A stretch of 64,000 nucleotides of DNA from a phage: the sequence record NC_135729.1; one strand, given 5' to 3'. The position numbers were made by a program, and so were the translations under genes. Positions within the stretch are counted from its first letter, which is position 1; each line of letters starts with the position of its first letter. This document shows positions 27,821-36,500 of the stretch, in pieces. The notes beneath the pieces were generated by a model, which had not been told where the DNA came from, searched no databases, and saw nothing but the letters and a program-made list of their open reading frames with translations.

Positions 27821-29302
27821 ATGGCCCCTTCTGGAGTTTTAATGGATAGCAGAAGTTCAGAAATCGTTGCCTCACAGAAAGATGATGCCCTGAGAATGTT
27901 GCAGGCTGCACGTATGTATCTCCTTGAAAAGCTGCCGTTTTATGGCACACTGCTGTCAGGGTTGCAGTTCGTAGAAAACCACACATGGTGCTCCACCATG
28001 GCAACCGACCATAAACGCATCTATTACAGCCCTGAGTTCATTATGGGATTGGCTGATGAACGCAAGGCTATTCTTAAGGCCTCTCTAACTGACAAGCAGT
28101 TTGAGATGGCTGAGGTTTTCTATTCCCCCAAATCTGTGAAAGAGGTGGCCTTTCTTCTGTCGCATGAGGTGGGGCATATTATCTGTGATCACCTGGTCCG
28201 TGGTAAAAGCTTTGAGCCGGAACTGTTCAATATTGCTTGTGATCACGTTATCAACACAGGCCTTGTGGTTGACTTTAGCAAACCTCCTTGTGTTTTCTTC
28301 TCGAAGGGGAAAAGCACTACGTTCGTGAAAGGTAAGCCTTTTGGCTTCTTAGCCAGCTGCTACTGCGACATGAAGTTTCATGGATGGATTGCTGAGAACG
28401 TTTATGCAGTTCTTGATAAGCAAAGAGATCAGAATAACGGTAAAAGTAAGAGCGGTAAAGGTGAGAACTCTCAAGAAGATAAGCGACAAACCGATGATCA
28501 CATGAGTGGTAACGGTGGCACCAGTGATGATCTTGGAAAGGCTATGGGGTATGATCAGCCACAACCTGTAATCAGTCAATCTGATAAAGATCAGGCCATG
28601 CAGGACTCTGGTGACATGCTGGAGGCAGCAATGCAAGCTTCCGGAGGCCGTTGCCCTGAGGCGGTTCGTGAGTTTGTCAAGAATAGAGGTAAGCCTGTAA
28701 TTAATTATATAGACATCATCAAGCAACGCATGTTGTCTAAACGAAAGGCTGAACTGACCTACAGAAAACCTGGTCGCCGATCTGGGTCTTTGACCAGCAC
28801 AATGCGAAAAGTTGGGGCTATAAACAAGAACCAGCACGTTATTGTTCCTGGTCGTAATCCGGAAAACACCATAGATATTGTGGTAGCTTTAGACGTTTCT
28901 GGCTCGATCTCTCAAAGAACTTTAAAGAAAATGTTCAATGAAATCACCGGATTGTGCAATCTGTATAAAGAGTTTAAGGTTACAATGTTCTGTTGGTCAA
29001 CTGAAGTCGGAGAGGTTAAAGTATACACTCGCGGCAACATAGACGAGATGATCAACTATGAGGTACACTCAACATGGGGCACAACAGCTGCTTGCGTGTT
29101 CGAGTATCTGGATGCCAACATACCGAATGCAAAAGATGTCATCGTCCTGACCGACCTATACTTTGAGCATAACTTTGAACAAAAGGCTGTTGACAACAAG
29201 TGGAAAAAGTACGATACTTTATGGGTTCTCACCGAAGGGTATAATAAAAATTATATCCCTAGCTTTGGGAAAACTGTGGAATTAATCGAGTACGCTAAGT
29301 AA
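27821..29302 (+). CDS. putative metallopeptidase (HExxH) fused to vWA domain (COG3864/DUF2201-like, MoxR partner type)
   Basis: HExxH LLSHEVGHIICDH; vWA MIDAS motif VVALDVSGSIS (DxSxS); 493 aa. Confidence 0.7.
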   Translation: MAPSGVLMDSRSSEIVASQKDDALRMLQAARMYLLEKLPFYGTLLSGLQFVENHTWCSTMATDHKRIYYSPEFIMGLADERKAILKASLTDKQFEMAEVFYSPKSVKEVAFLLSHEVGHIICDHLVRGKSFEPELFNIACDHVINTGLVVDFSKPPCVFFSKGKSTTFVKGKPFGFLASCYCDMKFHGWIAENVYAVLDKQRDQNNGKSKSGKGENSQEDKRQTDDHMSGNGGTSDDLGKAMGYDQPQPVISQSDKDQAMQDSGDMLEAAMQASGGRCPEAVREFVKNRGKPVINYIDIIKQRMLSKRKAELTYRKPGRRSGSLTSTMRKVGAINKNQHVIVPGRNPENTIDIVVALDVSGSISQRTLKKMFNEITGLCNLYKEFKVTMFCWSTEVGEVKVYTRGNIDEMINYEVHSTWGTTAACVFEYLDANIPNAKDVIVLTDLYFEHNFEQKAVDNKWKKYDTLWVLTEGYNKNYIPSFGKTVELIEYAK

Positions 29303-29308
29303 GAGAGG

Positions 29309-29575
29309 ATGTTATTTATGGCAACAGAGGTAGTAATTAAAGCTGAACGCCCAGTTAAAAAAGCTATCAACACGTTCCCTGTGGGAACCATTGTGAGCAT
29401 GATCACAGAGTCAGGTCGTGTATCTACGCTGCTGATTGTGAAATCTGCATGTTCTTCTTGTGTGTGGGCTTACGATCTGGACAAGAAAGAACTAAAATAT
29501 TTTGTTGGGGAGCTGAAAGCAACCGAGCTCGATGCTCGTATCGAAGTATTTGGTGAAACTATGGAGGAAGAGTAA
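29309..29575 (+). CDS. hypothetical small protein (paralog family, member 1)
   Basis: FPVGTIVSMITESG... ; 4-nt ATGA-type overlap with next gene. Confidence 0.4.
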   Translation: MLFMATEVVIKAERPVKKAINTFPVGTIVSMITESGRVSTLLIVKSACSSCVWAYDLDKKELKYFVGELKATELDARIEVFGETMEEE

Positions 29576-29838
29576 TGACCACGAAAATCACTATTGCAGA
29601 ACCGAAAGCTAACACGCAACCTATCGAAAAATTTAAATGTGGTGAGGTGGTAACATTTACACCAGATAATGAAGATGCTAAGATTTTCGCCATGGTCACA
29701 GCTGAGTGGATGTGCGACAATACCACACAGGTTCTGCGTTTTGACACCTATCTTACCGATGAAATCAGGAACGACAAGATCGTGACTGGTGTTGATACTG
29801 AAATTATTTTCTACAAGAGCTTTTTAGAGGGTTTCTGA
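29575..29838 (+). CDS. hypothetical small protein (paralog family, member 2)
   Basis: FKCGEVVTFTPDNED... similar architecture to neighbours. Confidence 0.4.
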   Translation: MTTKITIAEPKANTQPIEKFKCGEVVTFTPDNEDAKIFAMVTAEWMCDNTTQVLRFDTYLTDEIRNDKIVTGVDTEIIFYKSFLEGF

Positions 29839-29839
29839 T

Positions 29840-30073
29840 ATGGCAAAAATTCGTAAATTATCCAGCAATCAGGTTGTGAAAGACTTTGAATCTGGAGAGA
29901 TTCTGTATGTTCGTGATGCAGATGACGAAGTTGAAGATCTTGTTATGTTGGTGGGGCACGCTGAGGACGGATGCATCCAAGCTGTTTTTCTTGAAACAGC
30001 TATGGTGCACTGGATAGAGCTGGACTTGAAAGCACGAAAACCTAAAGCAGAAATCCTGATTTACGAAGATTAA
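29840..30073 (+). CDS. hypothetical small protein (paralog family, member 3)
   Basis: FESGEILYVRDADDE... Confidence 0.4.
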   Translation: MAKIRKLSSNQVVKDFESGEILYVRDADDEVEDLVMLVGHAEDGCIQAVFLETAMVHWIELDLKARKPKAEILIYED

Positions 30074-30089
30074 CAAAAAGGAGATAGCC

Positions 30090-30539
30090 GTGTTGAGCAA
30101 GCGTGAATGCGACAGCATTAGCCTGAATTCTTATAAGAAACAATGGTTTGGGGTAGAAGTTTGCCGACTGCGGCTAGGCTCCTACCTGAACTTCGTTTAT
30201 TATGAGAGCGATAGTCGTATCGTTTCTTATGAAGTGTTCTACACTAAGAACACCTTCGAACTGCGCCGTAAAGTGGATGGTGGGAGAACTACCCCCCAGA
30301 ATAATTGGGAAACTATCCTACCTACAGATGTTATAGGAAGTCCCCTGAATGTATCTGAAGATGAAAATCTTATGGTTCATGCTATGATGGGACTTGACAG
30401 CTTAGAGCTGGCGATCTATGATATGTCCATCGAAGCAGTTAAGCTGGACTACATCGAAAACACTTTAGAGGAAGGTATCAAGAAGTTTCTCAGTGAGAAA
30501 TTAAAAGACCACTTTCATAAGGAGCTATATCTGTTATGA
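30090..30539 (+). CDS. hypothetical protein
   Basis: 149-aa ORF. Confidence 0.4.
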   Translation: MLSKRECDSISLNSYKKQWFGVEVCRLRLGSYLNFVYYESDSRIVSYEVFYTKNTFELRRKVDGGRTTPQNNWETILPTDVIGSPLNVSEDENLMVHAMMGLDSLELAIYDMSIEAVKLDYIENTLEEGIKKFLSEKLKDHFHKELYLL

Positions 30540-30781
30540 AGACCCGTAAAGAACGTAACAAAATTTTACCTGGAGCTCTCGAACACCTGATGAAGTGCAG
30601 ATCTATTTGGCACTCTGCCAAGGAAGGGCAGAAGGTGGTTGTGGTTAGTGACAATACCAACCCGTTTGGAGATTATACCACCATGATGGCCCCATATGTC
30701 CGTGATGGCGTTGTAGAAGTGGTCCCTTACAACGGTTTGCATGAACGGCACTTTGAAAGCACTTTGCTAGTGGAGCTATAG
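30536..30781 (+). CDS. hypothetical protein
   Basis: 81-aa ORF, 4-nt overlap. Confidence 0.4.
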   Translation: MKTRKERNKILPGALEHLMKCRSIWHSAKEGQKVVVVSDNTNPFGDYTTMMAPYVRDGVVEVVPYNGLHERHFESTLLVEL

Positions 30782-30783
30782 TC

Positions 30784-31350
30784 ATGGCGGTCAATGTGGC
30801 TTACAACACAGGAAAGCTTGACAGAGACATTGGGTGTCTTGTCCTTTCAGATACAGAAGAGTATTGGGGCTATGGGTTGCTGTCAGACCCACACCCGAGC
30901 AACCTTGTATCAACGGTGCTATACCGCTACGACCCCGTGCCAACTGTACACGACAAAGACATTCACGACCTTCGGATCAAGTGTCTGGAAGATCTGCTGA
31001 ACAATGGTTGCAATGATCTGCGGGTAGCCAAAGAGAAGCTTACAAACATTCACAAAGAGGAAGTGATGAGCACCCTCAGTAAGAGATCAGTGCACAAAAA
31101 GATGATGCTGAACTTTGCAATGGGTATCTACATGGATGGGTATAAGGGCGGGGACCCGATTCTCAAGCTTCGCTGCCCAACACTGTGGGAAAGGGTGGTT
31201 GACAGTAAGGACGGCACTGCCCTGCTTGAGCTTCACACTGCAGGTTGGATATGGCGGTATGTTGATGGATACCCTCTATGGGCATGTGGGCCTGGGGAAT
31301 TTGTTGACAGGCCTAGTGCGGTGGTGGACTTGCTATTGCAGTTTGAATAA
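30784..31350 (+). CDS. hypothetical protein
   Basis: 188-aa ORF. Confidence 0.4.
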   Translation: MAVNVAYNTGKLDRDIGCLVLSDTEEYWGYGLLSDPHPSNLVSTVLYRYDPVPTVHDKDIHDLRIKCLEDLLNNGCNDLRVAKEKLTNIHKEEVMSTLSKRSVHKKMMLNFAMGIYMDGYKGGDPILKLRCPTLWERVVDSKDGTALLELHTAGWIWRYVDGYPLWACGPGEFVDRPSAVVDLLLQFE

Positions 31351-31405
31351 AAGTGAGATATAAGGTGTTCATGCACCTACCAACAATACAACAAGAGAGA
31401 CTGAG

Positions 31406-31681
31406 ATGACGAAAGAAGAAGCTGACGTATTAGACTTTGCACTGGAGGCTACGCAAGAGGCTCTGGTGTTAGCTTGGAAAATGAACCAGCGTGCTGCAGA
31501 ATGCAACCGCCGAATCAATGAGATTCTGGGCATGTCTATGTATGATTTCACTATGCATGCCGGAGAGATTCCTGAATTAACTGCAGAGATGAATGATCTT
31601 GACAATAAGATTAATATCATTCTGAAGACAGCAGAAACAACTCACCAAACCGCCCGTAAATTTATCAACGAGAAGGTGTGA
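31406..31681 (+). CDS. hypothetical protein
   Basis: 91-aa ORF. Confidence 0.4.
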   Translation: MTKEEADVLDFALEATQEALVLAWKMNQRAAECNRRINEILGMSMYDFTMHAGEIPELTAEMNDLDNKINIILKTAETTHQTARKFINEKV

Positions 31682-32157
31682 ATATGGACTACAGCTACTG
31701 CGGGGAAGAAGTTCCTTTTAACTACAGCAATCTTACCACAAGCAATCCATATGAGACTCGCCACGGCACGCACATCATTGCCATTGACTTTGATGGAACG
31801 TTTAATGCGAGCCCTTTCATCTTCTCCCGCCTGATCAGGGATCTGAAGAAGGAGGGGTGGACAGTCTACCTTGTGACTTTCCGATTCATTACTCAAGACA
31901 ATGTAGACATTGAGTATTGGCGCAAGGAGCTTGATGTTGGTGTGTTTTATACTGGAGGTGTTCAGAAGGCAGCCTATCTGGCTCAGTTTGATATCTACCC
32001 AGATATCTGGATTGATGATTCTCCGGCATGTATTCCGGCTAAGAATCAATTAGAGTTTGCAATGAAGGAGATTAAGTATAAGTCTGAAGCAAAGCGTAAT
32101 GGATGGCCTTTTATTATTGAAGATTACCCAGATCCTGAACCGGAGAAAGAGCCATGA
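31678..32157 (+). CDS. HAD-superfamily hydrolase, putative 5'(3')-deoxyribonucleotidase-like
   Basis: HAD motif I HIIAIDFDGTF (DxDGT); motif IV-like IWIDDSP; about 160 aa as in NT5C-type nucleotidases. Confidence 0.5.
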   Translation: MNMDYSYCGEEVPFNYSNLTTSNPYETRHGTHIIAIDFDGTFNASPFIFSRLIRDLKKEGWTVYLVTFRFITQDNVDIEYWRKELDVGVFYTGGVQKAAYLAQFDIYPDIWIDDSPACIPAKNQLEFAMKEIKYKSEAKRNGWPFIIEDYPDPEPEKEP

Positions 32158-32324
32158 GGCTAAGATATCATTACCTGATGTGGAAGTTATATCATGGTGC
32201 TGCTAAAGCTTACCGCACCGTGTTTGGTAATGACAATAACTGCATTATGTTACACCTTACCGCCATTGAACATCACAATGAGTGGATTCGTGCAATCGTA
32301 ATAGGTGACAAAGATTTTAAGTAA
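32154..32324 (+). CDS. small hypothetical protein (below ORF-track threshold)
   Basis: 56-aa ORF MRLRYHYLMWKLYHGAAKAY...; ATG overlaps the stop of the upstream gene (ATGA), suggesting translational coupling. Confidence 0.3.
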   Translation: MRLRYHYLMWKLYHGAAKAYRTVFGNDNNCIMLHLTAIEHHNEWIRAIVIGDKDFK

Positions 32325-32354
32325 AGTATTGCTTTCTAGATGGAGACTGATTAA

Positions 32355-32735
32355 ATGTGCAAGTGTAAATCCTATAATTGGAAAGTGAAAGGTGCCAAGC
32401 ATCAAAATGTTATCGTTGATGTGCCTAAAAAGCTCCGTGACGGCAAAAAACGTGTGTGCCTTGATAAGTGCATGGCTAAGCCTATCATGAGTCTATGGGC
32501 GGCAGGATTGAAAACGCTAAACTGCTGCTGTGGTCATAACAAAGATGTTCCAAGCATCATTATCCCAGAAGATGCAGATCCTAAAGCTTATGCCAAAATA
32601 CTGACCCGCTATCCCAGCACCTTCCTGATCGGAAAATGGTGTCACGATGAACTTCAATGGTGGATAGCCTATGGTAGTATAGGCACTACTTTTGGCTTCC
32701 CAGCTTTGTCAGAGCGCTATGTCAAAGTGTCATAA
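32355..32735 (+). CDS. hypothetical Cys-rich protein
   Basis: MCKCKSY...CLDKC...NCCCGHNKD; GGAG RBS. Confidence 0.4.
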   Translation: MCKCKSYNWKVKGAKHQNVIVDVPKKLRDGKKRVCLDKCMAKPIMSLWAAGLKTLNCCCGHNKDVPSIIIPEDADPKAYAKILTRYPSTFLIGKWCHDELQWWIAYGSIGTTFGFPALSERYVKVS

Positions 32736-32860
32736 TAGAATTTAAGGCCTCAAACGAGGCCTGTGCCTTCATAAATTGCCCTACCCTGTGTGATTACCCT
32801 CCTGAACAAAATACCTCCCCAGAATCGCTTAAAATTAAACTTGACACCAACACCAGATCT

Positions 32861-33307
32861 ATGTATGATTATCTCACCAACCGAACAGAGGAGATCGTCA
32901 TGGATAATCTTGCGGATGTAAATGTCGAAATTGTTAAACTAAAGTTCTTAGGCTTTCGAGACCCTTATTCTTTAACAGCTATACTAATGGACACTCACTT
33001 CACACCAGGTAAAGAGTACACTGCCTTCCGTTATATTTGCGGAGATCACGAATCAGCTTATAGTGTGAATACAAACCTCGGTGAGGGATATTTCATCAGA
33101 GATATCACAGATCACTTGTGGGGTATGTGGGAGTTGGTGGAGGAAGAGAATAAATCCCTTCCTAAAGAGATTTGGGTGCACACCTTCCACACAGGTAAGT
33201 TTGGAGGTACGGAACATAAATCTATCCACTATGATGAAGAAAGTGCCATTAAACAACAAGCTGTGCTTGGTGGATCTGTAGAAAAATTTGTTAAATGCGA
33301 GGACTGA
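32861..33307 (+). CDS. hypothetical protein
   Basis: 148-aa ORF. Confidence 0.4.
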   Translation: MYDYLTNRTEEIVMDNLADVNVEIVKLKFLGFRDPYSLTAILMDTHFTPGKEYTAFRYICGDHESAYSVNTNLGEGYFIRDITDHLWGMWELVEEENKSLPKEIWVHTFHTGKFGGTEHKSIHYDEESAIKQQAVLGGSVEKFVKCED

Positions 33308-33310
33308 GAA

Positions 33311-33511
33311 ATGGCTGATTTTTGCAAAGATTGTTCTGAAGAGTTGTTTGGTCGTGACTGCGGAGATCTGAAAGGACTGATCACAGAGGACCAGTGGAAG
33401 GAAGGTTATGCGGCCCCTGTTATCTGTGAAGGCTGTGGTTACACCTATGTCGATCATGAAGGTAAGCGTGTCCAGCCGTCTGAAGATGGGTCGTGTTGGG
33501 AATATTACTAA
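33311..33511 (+). CDS. hypothetical Zn-ribbon-like protein
   Basis: CKDC...CEGCGY cysteine pairs; WKEGYAAPVICEGC motif shared with 15913-16395. Confidence 0.4.
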   Translation: MADFCKDCSEELFGRDCGDLKGLITEDQWKEGYAAPVICEGCGYTYVDHEGKRVQPSEDGSCWEYY

Positions 33512-33550
33512 TTATAAAAAGAAAGGGGCCGTCTGGCCCCTTTTTATTTG
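33511..33550. terminator. bidirectional rho-independent terminator between convergent operons
   Basis: GGGGCC-GTCT-GGCCCC hairpin (33525-33540) flanked by AAAAAGAAA upstream and TTTTTATTTG downstream. Confidence 0.7.
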
Positions 33551-33557
33551 CCTCCTG

Positions 33558-36500
33558 TTAACTAGGGAAGTTTGTATAAGCTTCGAGATGGTATTGCTGG
33601 TTACCAGGTAGCATAACACCTATGCTTGCAACACCTAATGTTCTACCACCAGGGTTCCACTGAAACTTAAATCCAATCCAACCCGAGCTTCTGGCTGCAT
33701 CAATGTTGTCACTGTACCCAAAAGTGGCTAGACCATCAACACCTGCTCCGAAAAGCAGTTGTATCTGGTTCCTTGGTAGGCCAATAATTTCAGGTATGTA
33801 AGCACCAAAAAATGTAGGGTTGGTGGTTGTGGTCGGATTGTTCATGACCGGACCGGTAAAGACCCTCATATTGGACGTTCCTGCAGGTCTAGGGTAAGCC
33901 CCGTCAAGAGGATTTCCTTCCCAAATAAACCACTGAGGTGCCATCTGTCTGACAGTAAACGATGTTGAAGACGTTTTGCGGCCTGCATCATCTCTAACTA
34001 CAAACTTTATGGTGACATTCCCAGTAGCTTTAAATGTTACCAGCCCCGTGGTGGCATCCACTGTTGCAATGTTGGTATTACTACTTTCCCAAGTCTTTCT
34101 AATCCCTGATACGTTGGAAGGGGTGATAGAAGGTTCCTGCATCTGCAGTTTACCGCCCACAATCCCTATGCCGTTGCCCGGATTATACAGCACACCGACC
34201 TCGTCTATAATGTTCCCTGCTTTGAGACTATACTTCCTTGAGAAGTTGTAAGTTCCGTTATAAGTGTGTGTCCCTGAGAATGTGACATCTGCCTTCCCGT
34301 AAGAGATGCAAACCAAAGCATACTTCCTGTCAGGCAACGTTTCTCCAGTCTCTGGGTGAGTTTTACCCACCTGGAACACGCTCGGGTCGGTAGAGTCGTG
34401 ACTATCGCTAATGGAGCTTGTACCGCCCATCAACTGTGACAAACAATTCCTTACCCATGTCCAGTTATTATCACTGGAGAAGTCCACAGTCAAATCAAAC
34501 ACAACCCACTCATTCGGCTTCCACACAGGTGTTGCAATGGACTTGCCTACACCGCCTCCTTGGAGTGTTGCCGACTGTTCGGTGATCAGTGCCGCATAGG
34601 CCAGAGTTCCTAAACTCAGAGTCTGGCTTGCTGTCCTCACTACCTTAGAATCAGCATCTGTGAAGTTGTTGATGATTTGGAATGTGCCATAAGTGTTTTT
34701 ACAGGTAATTCTGGCGTTCAGTGTGTCAATCTTCCTCACATCTGCCATAGCAGTGTTAGACACAGAGAAGTCAGAAGCTTTAGCTGAGTTTGCCGCAACA
34801 GCAGGATCAACGTTAAGAGTTGCGTTGAACTGACAGGCAGGGGTAACCAGCAGCTTGTTATCACCTATTTGCCTCCATGAAACACTTTGAACAGGAAGAT
34901 TCCATTTAATACCTGAGAAAACCTTAGCAACCCTTGGCCCCAAAGCTCCAGTCCTGTTGTCTTTACAGCACATAGACATGGTGATCGTTGACGGAGTGGC
35001 CTGACCAAATAATTGCTGTGCTTTTGCAGAGGACATAGTGTAGAAATTGTCCTTAACAAACTCATCAGCAGCTAAAGATCCATCAGGTCTCCACCACTGA
35101 ACCTGATACCCTGTTTTATCCCAACCACCGACCTGCTTCAAGTCCTCCCAAGAGATTTCCAGATCCCCCGTGGTCGGGTTGATTGCAGCAGTTCCTGGTG
35201 TACCGGATGACCACAATGGGATATCAAACCACGCAGGTTTAACAGATTGCACTGCATTAGGACCTATTGCAGCAGCAAGTTGTTGACCCATCAGCACGCG
35301 AGCATCTTTCACCAGACCCCATTCTATCATAGACCCAGAGTAACCTTCTTTCTTGTAGGCCGAAGATCCGTTCAAATGGATAAGTCTGCTGCAGTCGAAA
35401 CCATACGCCCCGCCACCGTTAGGATCTGCAAAGTTAGTTATGATTCTATCCCTTATATTTTTCCATGCCCTGCCTCCAATCTCATAGTCATGGTCATAAC
35501 ATCTCTGCAGCGTTGTCCAGCAAATGATTGCCATTCTTCTGCCACCAGTAAACCCGAAAGCGCCGTCATTCAACTCTTTCCACAGATAGCAGTTAGTTGC
35601 CCACATAGCTCTGTGGATATTGAACCAGTTTATAGACTTAGCAGAATTGTCCCACTGAGTTCCCGGTAATTCAGGCCACACCGCATTCACCAGCATATCC
35701 TCTGTGCCAGCATCGACCAGGAAGCCTCTTACCTTCCTACCCATCCCTTCTCTGTCTTTAGCAATCCAATTGCCAAACAGCCTCAGTTTTGGACCATAAA
35801 CAACATCTTCAGGGTGCTCAAAAGAAACATACTTCAAGTATACCGTAGGATCACCGTAGGTGCCATCACAAACACTTTTATGCATGTTCTCACCCAGGTC
35901 TAGACGAAGTCCTGTCACCACTTTAGATGTGTCGGTGAATTTGTCTGTTAAGTCAAATTCATACCACCACCACCCGCCACCTAGCATAAATTTCTTGCAT
36001 CGCACAGCGTCTGTGTCAGATATTCTCTTATCCCCTGCAAAAGGTGAATCAGCAAACTGATAGTGCAGAGCAGTCTCAAATAGGTGGGTGGAAGTTCCGT
36101 TCTCTGCAAGAACTTGCTTACCTATCAGATCGCACTTAATGATCATCACAACACGCTTGTATCCGTTTGTTACCGGAACTTGCATAGATATGGATGTTCC
36201 ATCCATGTTCGATCTTAGATCACTCATGATGATATAGGGGTCGACAGCGTTACCTAAAGTTTCAGGCCCTGGAATTATCTTGTATTTCTTGACCTGGCCC
36301 ATAAATCTGTCACTGGCGTAAGTTGCAGCCTCAAAACAAGAGCCACCACCAGGTAATTCTCCAGGTCCCCAGAAAAATGCCCCATAGCAGTTATAGAACC
36401 ACTTATTAGGGTCGTATTTGTTCTTGAAGGTCTGGACCTCGTTGGCCTGTTTTGTCAAGAAAACCTGCGTATCTGTAAAGATTGCAGGATTTACCCTTGC

